A stretch of 64,000 nucleotides of DNA, taken from NCBI RefSeq assembly GCF_009914755.1, contig NC_060931.1; one strand, 5' to 3'. Positions 25,701 through 39,600 of the stretch are shown here, piece after piece (positions within the stretch are counted from its first letter, which is position 1; every line of letters begins with the position of its first letter). The notes under the pieces are model-generated. The model was not told where the DNA came from, made no database searches, and saw only the letters and a program-made list of their open reading frames with translations. This DNA is from the human T2T-CHM13v2.0 reference genome, Homo sapiens. The position numbers and the translations under genes were made by a program.

Positions 25701-28700
25701 TTAGAGAGAGCAGATTTGAAACACTCTTGCTGTGGCATTTTCAGGTGGAGATTTCAAGCGATTTGAGGACAATTGCAGAAAAGGAAATATCTTCGTATAA
25801 TAACCAGACAGAATCATTCTCAGAAAGTGCTTTGTGATGTGTGCGTTCAACTCACAGAGTTTAACCTTTCTTTTCATAGAGGAGTTTGGAAACACACTGT
25901 TTGTAAAGTCTGCATTTGGATATATGGACCTGTTTGAGGCCTTCGTTGGAAACGGGATTTCTTCATTGAATGCTAGACGGAAGAATTCTCAGTAAATTCT
26001 TTGTGTTGTGTGCATTCAACTCACAGAGTGGAACGTCCCTTTAGACAGAGCAGATTTGAAACACTCTTTTTGCGGAATTTGCAAGTGGAGATTTCTAGCC
26101 ATTTGATGCCAACAGTAGAAAGGGAAATATCTTCAAATAAAAACCAGACAGAATCATTCTCAGAAAATTCTTTGTGATGTGTGCGTTCAACTCACATACT
26201 TTAACCTTTCTTTTCATAGAGCAGTTTGGAAACACTCTGTTTGTAAAGTCTGCAAGTGGATCTATGGACCGCATTGAGGCCTTCGTTGGAAACGGGATTT
26301 CTTCATTTCATGCTAGACAGAAGAATTCTCAGTAACTTCTTTGTGCTGTGTGTATTCAACTCACAGAGTGGAACGTCCCTTTACACAGAGCAGATTTGAA
26401 ACACTCTTTTTGTGGAGTTTGCAAGTGGAGATTTCAAGCGATTTGATGCCAACAGTAGAAAATGAAATATCTTCAAATAAAAACTAGACAGAATCATTCT
26501 CAGAAACTACTTTGTGATGTGTGCCTTCAACTCACAGAGTTTAACCTTTCTTTTCTTAGAGCAGTTTAGAAACACTCTGCTTGTTATGTCTGCAAGTGGA
26601 TATTTGGACCTCTTTGAGGCCTTCGTTGCAAAAGGGGTTTCTTCCTTTAATGCTAGACTAAGAAGAGTTCTCAGTAAGTTTTTTGTGTTGTGTGTATTCA
26701 ACTCACAGAGTTGAACCTTGCTTTAGAGAGAGCAGATTTGAAACACTCTCGCTGTGGAATTTTCAGGTGGAGATTTCAAGCGATTTGAGGACAATTGCAG
26801 AAAAGGAAATATCTTCGTATAATAACCAGACAGAATCATTCTCAGAAAGTGCTTTGTGATGTGTGCGTTCAACTCACAGAGTTTAACCTTTCTTTTCATA
26901 GAGGAGTTTGGAAACACACTGTTTGTAAAGTCTGCAATTGGATATATGGACCTGTTTGAGGCCTTCGTTGGAAACGGGATTTCTTCATTGAATGCTAGAC
27001 GGAAGAATTCTCAGTAAATTCTTTGTGTTGTGTGCATTCAACTCACAGAGTGGAACGTCCCTTTAGACAGAGCAGATTTGAAACACTCTTTTTGCGGAAT
27101 TTGCAAGTGGAGATTTCTAGCCATTTGATGCCAACAGTAGAAAGGGAAATATCTTCAAATAAAAACCAGACAGAATCATTCTCAGAAAATTCTTTGTGAT
27201 GTGTACTTTCAACTCACATAGTTTAACCTTTCTTTTCATAGAGCAGTTTGGAAACACTCTGTTTGTAAAGTCTGCAAGTGGATATATGGACCGCATTGAG
27301 GCCTTCGTTGGAAACGGGATTTCTTCATTTCATGCTAGACAGAAGAATTCTCAGTAACTTCTTTGTGCTGTGTGTATTCAACTCACAGAGTGGAACGTCC
27401 CTTTGCACAGAGCAGATTTGAAACACTCTTTTTGTGGAGTTTGCAAGTGGAGATTTCAAGCGATTTGATGCCAACAGTAGAAAAGGAAATATCTTCAAAT
27501 AAAAACTAGACAGAATCATTCTCAGAAACTACTTTGTGATGTGTGCCTTTAACTCACAGAGTTTAACCTTTCTTTTCTTAGAGCAGTTTAGAAACACTCT
27601 GCTTGTTATGTCTGCAAGTGGATATTTGGACCTCTTTGAGGCCTTCGTTGCAAACGGGGTTTCTTCCTTTCATGCTAGACTAAGAAGAGTTCTCAGCAAC
27701 TTTTTTGTGTTGTGTGTATTCAACTCACAGAGTTGAACCTTGCTTTAGAGAGAGCAGATTTGAAACACTCTCGCTGTGGAATTTTCAGGTGGAGATTTCA
27801 AGCGATTTGAGGACAATTGCAGAAAAGGAAATATCTTCGTATAATAACCAGACAGAATCATTCTCAGAAAGTGCTTTGTGATGTGTGCGTTCAACTCACA
27901 GAGTTTAACCTTTCTTTTCATAGAGGAGTTTGGAAACACACTGTTTGTAAAGTCTGCAATTGGATATATGGACCTGTTTGAGGCCTTCGTTGGAAACGGG
28001 ATTTCTTCATTGAATGCTAGACGGAAGAATTCTCAGTAAATTCTTTGTGTTGTGTGCATTCAACTCACAGAGTGGAACGTCCCTTTAGACAGAGCAGATT
28101 TGAAACACTCTTTTTGTGGAATTTGCAAGTGGAGATTTCTAGCCATTTGTTGCCAACAGTAGAAAGGGAAATATCTTCAAATAAAAACCAGACAGAATCA
28201 TTCTCAGAAAATTCTTTGTGATGTGTGCTTTCAACTCACATAGTTTAACCTTTCTTTTCATAGAGCAGTTTGGAAACACTCTGTTTGTAAAGTCTGCAAG
28301 TGGATATATGGACCGCATTGAGGCCTTCGTTGGAAACGGGATTTCTTCATTTCATGCTAGACAGAAGAATTCTCAGTAACTTCTTTGTGCTGTGTGTATT
28401 CAACTCACAGAGTGGAACGTCCCTTTGCACAGAGCAGATTTGAAACACTCTTTTTGTGGAGTTTGCAAGTGGAGATTTCAAGCGATTTGATGCCAACAGT
28501 AGAAAAGGAAATATCTTCAAATAAAAACTAGACAGAATCATTCTCAGAAACTACTTTGTGATGTGTGCCTTTAACTCACAGAGTTTAACCTTTCTTTTCT
28601 TAGAGCAGTTTAGAAACACTCTGCTTGTTATGTCTGCAAGTGGATATTTGGACCTCTTTGAGGCCTTCGTTGCAAACGGGGTTTCTTCCTTTCATGCTAG

Positions 28701-31700
28701 ACTAAGAAGAGTTCTCAGTAACTTTTTTGTGTTGTGTGTATTCAACTCACAGAGTTGAACCTTGCTTTAGAGAGAGCAGATTTGAAACACTCTTGCTGTG
28801 GCATTTTCAGGTGGAGATTTCAAGCGATTTGAGGACAATTGCAGAAAAGGAAATATCTTCGTATAATAACCAGACAGAATCATTCTCAGAAAGTGCTTTG
28901 TGATGTGTGCGTTCAACTCACAGAGTTTAACCTTTCTTTTCATAGAGGAGTTTGGAAACACACTGTTTGTAAAGTCTGCAATTGGATATATGGACCTGTT
29001 TGAGGCCTCCGTTGGAAACGGGATTTCTTCATTGAATGCTAGACGGAAGAATTCTCAGTAAATTCTTTGTGTTGTGTGCATTCAACTCACAGAGTGGAAC
29101 GTCCCTTTAGACAGAGCAGATTTGAAACACTCTTTTTGCGGAATTTGCAAGTGGAGATTTCTAGCCATTTGATGCCAACAGTAGAAAGGGAAATATCTTC
29201 AAATAAAAACCAGACAGAATCATTCTCAGAAAATTCTTTGTGATGTGTGCGTTCAACTCACATAGTTTAACCTTTCTTTTCATAGAGCAGTTTGGAAACA
29301 CTCTGTTTGTAAAGTCTGCAAGTGGATATATGGACCGCATTGAGGCCTTCGTTGGAAACGGGATTTCTTCATTTCATGCTAGACAGAAGAATTCTCAGTA
29401 ACTTCTTTGTGCTGTGTGTATTCAACTCACAGAGTGGAACGTCCCTTTGCACAGAGCAGATTTGAAACACTCTTTTTGTGGAGTTTGCAAGTGGAGATTT
29501 CAAGCGATTTGATGCCAACAGTAGAAAAGGAAATATCTTCAAATAAAAACTAGACAGAATCATTCTCAGAAACTACTTTGTGATGTGTGCCTTCAACTCA
29601 CAGAGTTTAACCTTTCTTTTCCTAGAGCAGTTTAGAAACACTCTGCTTGTTATGTCTGCAAGTGGATATTTGGACCTCTTTGAGGCCTTCGTTGCAAACG
29701 GGGTTTCTTCCTTTAATGCTAGACTAAGAAGAGTTCTCAGCAACTTTTTTGTGTTGTGTGTATTCAACTCAAAGAGTTGAACCTTGCTTTAGAGAGAGCA
29801 GATTTGAAACACTCTTGCTGTGGAATTTTCAGGTGGAGATTTCAAGCGATTTGAGGACAATTGCAGAAAAAGAAATATCTTCGTATAATAACCAGACAGA
29901 ATCATTCTCAGAAAGTGCTTTGTGATGTGTGCGTTCAACTCACAGAGTTTAACCTTTCTTTTCATAGAGGAGCTTGGAAACACACTGTTTGTAAAGTCTG
30001 CAATTGGATATATGGACCTGTTTGAGGCCTCCGTTGGAAACGGGATTTCTTCATTGAATGCTAGACGGAAGAATTCTCAGTAAATTCTTTGTGTTGTGTG
30101 CATTGAACTCACAGAGTGGAACGTCCCTTTAGACAGAGCAGATTTGAAACACTCTTTTTGCGGAATTTGCAAGTGGAGATTTCTAGCCATTTGATGCCAA
30201 CAGTAGAAAGGGAAATATCTTCAAATAAAAACCAGACAGAATCATTCTCAGAAAATTCTTTGTGATGTGTGCGTTCAACTCACATACTTTAACCTTTCTT
30301 TTCATAGAGCAGTTTGGAAACACTCTGTTTGTAAAGTCTGCAAGTGGATCTATGGACCGCATTGAGGCCTTCGTTGGAAACGGGATTTCTTCATTTCATG
30401 CTAGACAGAAGAATTCTCAGTAACTTCTTTGTGCTGTGTGTATTCAACTCACAGAGTGGAACGTCCCTTTACACAGAGCAGATTTGAAACACTCTTTTTG
30501 TGGAGTTTGCAAGTGGAGATTTCAAGCGATTTGATGCCAACAGTAGAAAATGAAATATCTTCAAATAAAAACTAGACAGAATCATTCTCAGAAACTACTT
30601 TGTGATGTGTGCCTTCAACTCACAGAGTTTAACCTTTCTTTTCTTAGAGCAGTTTAGAAACACTCTGCTTGTTATGTCTGCAAGTGGATATTTGGACCTC
30701 TTTGAGGCCTTCGTTGCAAAAGGGGTTTCTTCCTTTAATGCTAGACTAAGAAGAGTTCTCAGTAAGTTTTTTGTGTTGTGTGTATTCAACTCACAGAGTT
30801 GAACCTTGCTTTAGAGAGAGCAGATTTGAAACACTCTCGCTGTGGAATTTTCAGGTGGAGATTTCAAGCGATTTGAGGACAATTGCAGAAAAGGAAATAT
30901 CTTCGTATAATAACCAGACAGAATCATTCTCAGAAAGTGCTTTGTGATGTGTGCGTTCAACTCACAGAGTTTAACCTTTCTTTTCATAGAGGAGTTTGGA
31001 AACACACTGTTTGTAAAGTCTGCAATTGGATATATGGACCTGTTTGAGGCCTTCGTTGGAAACGGGATTTCTTCATTGAATGCTAGACGGAAGAATTCTC
31101 AGTAAATTCTTTGTGTTGTGTGCATTCAACTCACAGAGTGGAACGTCCCTTTAGACAGAGCAGATTTGAAACACTCTTTTTGCGGAATTTGCAAGTGGAG
31201 ATTTCTAGCCATTTGATGCCAACAGTAGAAAGGGAAATATCTTCAAATAAAAACCAGACAGAATCATTCTCAGAAAATTCTTTGTGATGTGTACTTTCAA
31301 CTCACATAGTTTAACCTTTCTTTTCATAGAGCAGTTTGGAAACACTCTGTTTGTAAAGTCTGCAAGTGGATATATGGACCGCATTGAGGCCTTCGTTGGA
31401 AACGGGATTTCTTCATTTCATGCTAGACAGAAGAATTCTCAGTAACTTCTTTGTGCTGTGTGTATTCAACTCACAGAGTGGAACGTCCCTTTGCACAGAG
31501 CAGATTTGAAACACTCTTTTTGTGGAGTTTGCAAGTGGAGATTTCAAGCGATTTGATGCCAACAGTAGAAAAGGAAATATCTTCAAATAAAAAATAGACA
31601 GAATCATTCTCAGAAACTACTTTGTGATGTGTGCCTTTAACTCACAGAGTTTAACCTTTCTTTTCTTAGAGCAGTTTAGAAACACTCTGCTTGTTATGTC

Positions 31701-34700
31701 TGCAAGTGGATATTTGGACCTCTTTGAGGCCTTCGTTGCAAACGGGGTTTCTTCCTTTCATGCTAGACTAAGAAGAGTTCTCAGCAACTTTTTTGTGTTG
31801 TGTGTATTCAACTCACAGAGTTGAACCTTGCTTTAGAGAGAGCAGATTTGAAACACTCTCGCTGTGGAATTTTCAGGTGGAGATTTCAAGCGATTTGAGG
31901 ACAATTGCAGAAAAGGAAATATCTTCGTATAATAACCAGACAGAATCATTCTCAGAAAGTGCTTTGTGATGTGTGCGTTCAACTCACAGAGTTTAACCTT
32001 TCTTTTCATAGAGGAGTTTGGAAACACACTGTTTGTAAAGTCTGCAATTGGATATATGGACCTCTTTGAGGCCTTCGTTGGAAACGGGATTTCTTCATTG
32101 AATGCTAGACGGAAGAATTCTCAGTAAATTCTTTGTGTTGTGTGCATTCAACTCACAGAGTGGAACGTCCCTTTAGACAGAGCAGATTTGAAACACTCTT
32201 TTTGTGGAATTTGCAAGTGGAGATTTCTAGCCATTTGTTGCCAACAGTAGAAAGGGAAATATCTTCAAATAAAAACCAGACAGAATCATTCTCAGAAAAT
32301 TCTTTGTGATGTGTGCTTTCAACTCACATAGTTTAACCTTTCTTTTCATAGAGCAGTTTGGAAACACTCTGTTTGTAAAGTCTGCAAGTGGATATATGGA
32401 CCGCATTGAGGCCTTCGTTGGAAACGGGATTTCTTCATTTCATGCTAGACAGAAGAATTCTCAGTAACTTCTTTGTGCTGTGTGTATTCAACTCACAGAG
32501 TGGAACGTCCCTTTGCACAGAGCAGATTTGAAACACTCTTTTTGTGGAGTTTGCAAGTGGAGATTTCAAGCGATTTGATGCCAACAGTAGAAAAGGAAAT
32601 ATCTTCAAATAAAAACTAGACAGAATCATTCTCAGAAACTACTTTGTGATGTGTGCCTTTAACTCACAGAGTTTAACCTTTCTTTTCTTAGAGCAGTTTA
32701 GAAACACTCTGCTTGTTATGTCTGCAAGTGGATATTTGGACCTCTTTGAGGCCTTCGTTGCAAACGGGGTTTCTTCCTTTCATGCTAGACTAAGAAGAGT
32801 TCTCAGTAACTTTTTTGTGTTGTGTGTATTCAACTCACAGAGTTGAACCTTGCTTTAGAGAGAGCAGATTTGAAACACTCTTGCTGTGGCATTTTCAGGT
32901 GGAGATTTCAAGCGATTTGAGGACAATTGCAGAAAAGGAAATATCTTCGTATAATAACCAGACAGAATCATTCTCAGAAAGTGCTTTGTGATGTGTGCGT
33001 TCAACTCACAGAGTTTAACCTTTCTTTTCATAGAGGAGTTTGGAAACACACTGTTTGTAAAGTCTGCAATTGGATATATGGACCTGTTTGAGGCCTCCGT
33101 TGGAAACGGGATTTCTTCATTGAATGCTAGACGGAAGAATTCTCAGTAAATTCTTTGTGTTGTGTGCATTCAACTCACAGAGTGGAACGTCCCTTTAGAC
33201 AGAGCAGATTTGAAACACTCTTTTTGCGGAATTTGCAAGTGGAGATTTCTAGCCATTTGATGCCAACAGTAGAAAGGGAAATATCTTCAAATAAAAACCA
33301 GACAGAATCATTCTCAGAAAATTCTTTGTGATGTGTGCCTTCAACTCACATAGTTTAACCTTTCTTTTCATAGAGCAGTTTGGAAACACTCTGTTTGTAA
33401 AGTCTGCAAGTGGATCTATGGACCGCATTGAGGCCTTCGTTGGAAACGGGATTTCTTCATTTCATGCTAGACAGAAGAATTCTCAGTAACTTCTTTGTGC
33501 TGTGTGTATTCAACTCACAGAGTGGAACGTCCCTTTACACAGAGCAGATTTGAAACACTCTTTTTGTGGAGTTTGCAAGTGGAGATTTCAAGCGATTTGA
33601 TGCCAACAGTAGAAAATGAAATATCTTCAAATAAAAACTAGACAGAATCATTCTCAGAAACTACTTTGTGATGTGTGCCTTCAACTCACAGAGTTTAACC
33701 TTTCTTTTCTTAGAGCAGTTTAGAAACACTCTGCTTGTTATGTCTGCAAGTGGATATTTGGACCTCTTTGAGGCCTTCGTTGCAAAAGGGGTTTCTTCCT
33801 TTAATGCTAGACTAAGAAGAGTTCTCAGTAAGTTTTTTGTGTTGTGTGTATTCAACTCACAGAGTTGAACCTTGCTTTAGAGAGAGCAGATTTGAAACAC
33901 TCTCGCTGTGGAATTTTCAGGTGGAGATTTCAAGCGATTTGAGGACAATTGCAGAAAAGGAAATATCTTCGTATAATAACCAGACAGAATCATTCTCAGA
34001 AAGTGCTTTGTGATGTGTGCGTTCAACTCACAGAGTTTAACCTTTCTTTTCATAGAGGAGTTTGGAAACACACTGTTTGTAAAGTCTGCAATTGGATATA
34101 TGGACCTGTTTGAGGCCTTCGTTGGAAACGGGATTTCTTCATTGAATGCTAGACGGAAGAATTCTCAGTAAATTCTTTGTGTTGTGTGCATTCAACTCAC
34201 AGAGTGGAACGTCCCTTTAGACAGAGCAGATTTGAAACACTCTTTTTGCGGAATTTGCAAGTGGAGATTTCTAGCCATTTGATGCCAACAGTAGAAAGGG
34301 AAATATCTTCAAATAAAAACCAGACAGAATCATTCTCAGAAAATTCTTTGTGATGTGTACTTTCAACTCACATAGTTTAACCTTTCTTTTCATAGAGCAG
34401 TTTGGAAACACTCTGTTTGTAAAGTCTGCAAGTGGATATATGGACCGCATTGAGGCCTTCGTTGGAAACGGGATTTCTTCATTTCATGCTAGACAGAAGA
34501 ATTCTCAGTAACTTCTTTGTGCTGTGTGTATTCAACTCACAGAGTGGAACGTCCCTTTGCACAGAGCAGATTTGAAACACTCTTTTTGTGGAGTTTGCAA
34601 GTGGAGATTTCAAGCGATTTGATGCCAACAGTAGAAAAGGAAATATCTTCAAATAAAAAATAGACAGAATCATTCTCAGAAACTACTTTGTGATGTGTGC

Positions 34701-35920
34701 CTTTAACTCACAGAGTTTAACCTTTCTTTTCTTAGAGCAGTTTAGAAACACTCTGCTTGTTATGTCTGCAAGTGGATATTTGGACCTCTTTGAGGCCTTC
34801 GTTGCAAACGGGGTTTCTTCCTTTCATGCTAGACTAAGAAGAGTTCTCAGCAACTTTTTTGTGTTGTGTGTATTCAACTCACAGAGTTGAACCTTGCTTT
34901 AGAGAGAGCAGATTTGAAACACTCTCGCTGTGGAATTTTCAGGTGGAGATTTCAAGCGATTTGAGGACAATTGCAGAAAAGGAAATATCTTCGTATAATA
35001 ACCAGACAGAATCATTCTCAGAAAGTGCTTTGTGATGTGTGCGTTCAACTCACAGAGTTTAACCTTTCTTTTCATAGAGGAGTTTGGAAACACACTGTTT
35101 GTAAAGTCTGCAATTGGATATATGGACCTGTTTGAGGCCTTCGTTGGAAACGGGATTTCTTCATTGAATGCTAGACGGAAGAATTCTCAGTAAATTCTTT
35201 GTGTTGTGTGCATTCAACTCACAGAGTGGAACGTCCCTTTAGACAGAGCAGATTTGAAACACTCTTTTTGTGGAATTTGCAAGTGGAGATTTCTAGCCAT
35301 TTGTTGCCAACAGTAGAAAGGGAAATATCTTCAAATAAAAACCAGACAGAATCATTCTCAGAAAATTCTTTGTGATGTGTGCTTTCAACTCACATAGTTT
35401 AACCTTTCTTTTCATAGAGCAGTTTGGAAACACTCTGTTTGTAAAGTCTGCAAGTGGATATATGGACCGCATTGAGGCCTTCGTTGGAAACGGGATTTCT
35501 TCATTTCATGCTAGACAGAAGAATTCTCAGTAACTTCTTTGTGCTGTGTGTATTCAACTCACAGAGTGGAACGTCCCTTTGCACAGAGCAGATTTGAAAC
35601 ACTCTTTTTGTGGAGTTTGCAAGTGGAGATTTCAAGCGATTTGATGCCAACAGTAGAAAAGGAAATATCTTCAAATAAAAACTAGACAGAATCATTCTCA
35701 GAAACTACTTTGTGATGTGTGCCTTTAACTCACAGAGTTTAACCTTTCTTTTCTTAGAGCAGTTTAGAAACACTCTGCTTGTTATGTCTGCAAGTGGATA
35801 TTTGGACCTCTTTGAGGCCTTCGTTGCAAACGGGGTTTCTTCCTTTCATGCTAGACTAAGAAGAGTTCTCAGTAACTTTTTTGTGTTGTGTGTATTCAAC
35901 TCACAGAGTTGAACCTTGCT

Positions 35921-36602
35921 TTAGAGAGAGCAGATTTGAAACACTCTTGCTGTGGCATTTTCAGGTGGAGATTTCAAGCGATTTGAGGACAATTGCAGAA
36001 AAGGAAATATCTTCGTATAATAACCAGACAGAATCATTCTCAGAAAGTGCTTTGTGATGTGTGCGTTCAACTCACAGAGTTTAACCTTTCTTTTCATAGA
36101 GGAGCTTGGAAACACACTGTTTGTAAAGTCTGCAATTGGATATATGGACCTGTTTGAGGCCTCCGTTGGAAACGGGATTTCTTCATTGAATGCTAGACGG
36201 AAGAATTCTCAGTAAATTCTTTGTGTTGTGTGCATTGAACTCACAGAGTGGAACGTCCCTTTACACAGAGCAGATTTGAAACACTCTTTTTGCGGAATTT
36301 GCAAGTGGAGATTTCTAGCCATTTGATGCCAACAGTAGAAAGGGAAATATCTTCAAATAAAAACCAGACAGAATCATTCTCAGAAAATTCTTTGTGATGT
36401 GTGCCTTCAACTCACAGAGTTTAACCTTTCTTTTCTTAGAGCAGTTTAGAAACACTCTGCTTGTTATGTCTGCAAGTGGATATTTGGACCTCTTTGAGGC
36501 CTTCGTTGCAAACGGGGTTTTTTCCTTTAATGCCAGACTAAGAAGAGTTCTCAGTAACTTTTTTGTGTTGTGTGTATTCAACTCACAGAGTTGAACCTTG
36601 CT
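35921..36602 (+). repeat. 4-mer HOR variant, type A
   Basis: Spacing 682; junction 36390-36404. Confidence 0.95.
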
Positions 36603-39600
36603 TTAGAGAGAGCAGATTTGAAACACTCTTGCTGTGGCATTTTCAGGTGGAGATTTCAAGCGATTTGAGGACAATTGCAGAAAAGGAAATATCTTCGTAT
36701 AATAACCAGACAGAATCATTCTCAGAAAGTGCTTTGTGATGTGTGCGTTCAACTCACAGAGTTTAACCTTTCTTTTCATAGAGGAGTTTGGAAACACACT
36801 GTTTGTAAAGTCTGCAATTGGATATATGGACCTGTTTGAGGCCTTCGTTGGAAACGGGATTTCTTCATTGAATGCTAGACGGAAGAATTCTCAGTAAATT
36901 CTTTGTGTTGTGTGCATTCAACTCACAGAGTGGAACGTCCCTTTAGACAGAGCAGATTTGAAACACTCTTTTTGCGGAATTTGCAAGTGGAGATTTCTAG
37001 CCATTTGATGCCAACAGTAGAAAGGGAAATATCTTCAAATAAAAACCAGACAGAATCATTCTCAGAAAATTCTTTGTGATGTGTGCGTTCAACTCACATA
37101 GTTTAACCTTTCTTTTCATAGAGCAGTTTGGAAACACTCTGTTTGTAAAGTCTGCAAGTGGATATATGGACCGCATTGAGGCCTTCGTTGGAAACGGGAT
37201 TTCTTCATTTCATGCTAGACAGAAGAATTCTCAGTAACTTCTTTGTGCTGTGTGTATTCAACTCACAGAGTGGAACGTCCCTTTACACAGAGCAGATTTG
37301 AAACACTCGTTTTGTGGAGTTTGCAAGTGGAGATTTCAAGCGATTTGATGCCAAAAGTAGAAAAGGAAGTATCTTCAAATAAAAACTAGACAGAATCATT
37401 CTCAGAAACTACTTTGTGATGTGTGCCTTCAACTCACAGAGTTTAACCTTTCTTTTCTTAGAGCAGCTTAGAAACACTCTGCTTGTTATGTCTGCAAGTT
37501 GATATTTGGACCTCTTTGAGGCCTTCGTTGCAAACGGGGTTTCTTCCTTTAATGCTAGACTAAGAAGAGTTCTCAGTAACTTTTTTGTGTTGTGTGTATT
37601 CAACTCACAGAGTTGAACCTTGCTTTAGAGAGAGCAGATTTGAAACACTCTTGCTGTGGCATTTTCAGGTGGAGATTTCAAGCGATTTGAGGACAATTGC
37701 AGAAAAGGAAATATCTTCGTATAATAACCAGACAGAATCATTCTCAGAAAGTGCTTTGTGATGTGTGCGTTCAACTCACAGAGTTTAACCTTTCTTTTCA
37801 TAGAGGAGTTTGGAAACACACTGTTTGTAAAGTCTGCAATTGGATATATGGACCTGTTTGAGGCCTTCGTTGGAAACGGGATTTCTTCATTGAATGCTAG
37901 ACGGAAGAATTCTCAGTAAATTCTTTGTGTTGTGTGCATTCAACTCACAGAGTGGAACGTCCCTTTAGACAGAGCAGATTTGAAACACTTTTTGGCGGAA
38001 TTTGCAAGTGGAGATTTCTAGCCATTTGATGCCAACAGTAGAAAGGGAAATATCTTCAAATAAAAACCAGACAGAATCATTCTCAGAAAATTCTTTGTGA
38101 TGTGTGCGTTCAACTCACATAGTTTAACCTTTCTTTTTATAGAGCAGTTTGGAAACACTCTGTTTGTAAAGTCTGCAAGTGGATCTATGCACCGCATTGA
38201 GGCCTTCGTTGGAAACGGGATTTCTTCATTTCATGCTAGACAGAAGAATTCTCAGTAACTTCTTTGTGCTGTGTGTATTCAACTCACAGAGTGGAACGTC
38301 CCTTTACACAGAGCAGATTTGAAACACTCGTTTTGTGGAGTTTGCAAGTGGAGATTTCAAGCGATTTGATGCCAACAGTAGAAAAGGAAGTATCTTCAAA
38401 TAAAAACTAGACAGAATCATTCTCAGAAACTACTTTGTGATGTGTGCCTTCAACTCACAGAGTTTAACCTTTCTTTTCTTAGAGCAGCTTAGAAACACTC
38501 TGCTTGTTATGTCTGCAAGTGGATATTTGGACCTCTTTGAGGCCTTCGTTGCAAACGGGGTTTCTTCCTTTCATGCTAGACTAAGAAGAGTTCTCAGTAA
38601 CTTTTTTGTGTTGTGTGTATTCAACTCACAGAGTTGAACCTTGCTTTAGAGAGAGCAGATTTGAAACACTCTTGCTGTGGCATTTTCAGGTGGAGATTTC
38701 AAGCGATTTGAGGACAATTGCAGAAAAGGAAATATCTTCGTATAATAACCAGACAGAATCATTCTCAGAAAGTGCTTTGTGATGTGTGCGTTCAACTCAC
38801 AGAGTTTAACCTTTCTTTTCATAGAGGAGTTTGGAAACACACTGTTTGTAAAGTCTGCAATTGGATATATGGACCTGTTTGAGGCCTCCGTTGGAAACGG
38901 GATTTCTTCATTGAATGCTAGACGGAAGAATTCTCAGTAAATTCTTTGTGTTGTGTGCATTCAACTCACAGAGTGGAACGTCCCTTTAGACAGAGCAGAT
39001 TTGAAACACTCTTTTTGCGGAATTTGCAAGTGGAGATTTCTAGCCATTTGATGCCAACAGTAGAAAGGGAAATATCTTCAAATAAAAACCAGACAGAATC
39101 ATTCTCAGAAAATTCTTTGTGATGTGTGCTTTCAACTCACATAGTTTAACCTTTCTTTTCATAGAGCAGTTTGGAAACACTCTGTTTGTAAAGTCTGCAA
39201 GTGGATCTATGGACCGCATTGAGGCCTTCGTTGGAAACGGGATTTCTTCATTTCATGCTAGACAGAAGAATTCTCAGTAACTTCTTTGTGCTGTGTGTAT
39301 TCAACTCACAGAGTGGAACGTCCCTTTACACAGAGCAGATTTGAAACACTCTTTTTGTGGAGTTTGCAAGTGGAGATTTCAAGCGATTTGATGCCAACAG
39401 TAGAAAATGAAATATCTTCAAATAAAAACTAGACAGAATCATTCTCAGAAACTACTTTGTGATGTGTGCCTTCAACTCACAGAGTTTAACCTTTCTTTTC
39501 TTAGAGCAGTTTAGAAACACTCTGCTTGTTATGTCTGCAAGTGGATATTTGGACCTCTTTGAGGCCTTCGTTGCAAAAGGGGTTTCTTCCTTTAATGCTA

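Noticed and set aside
33321-33355. ATTCTTTGTGATGTGTGCCTTC resembling a type A junction
   Set aside because: It continues as CACATAG and the normal box-3 monomer, and the unit is 1022 bp. It is only a single G>C change or one-base conversion.
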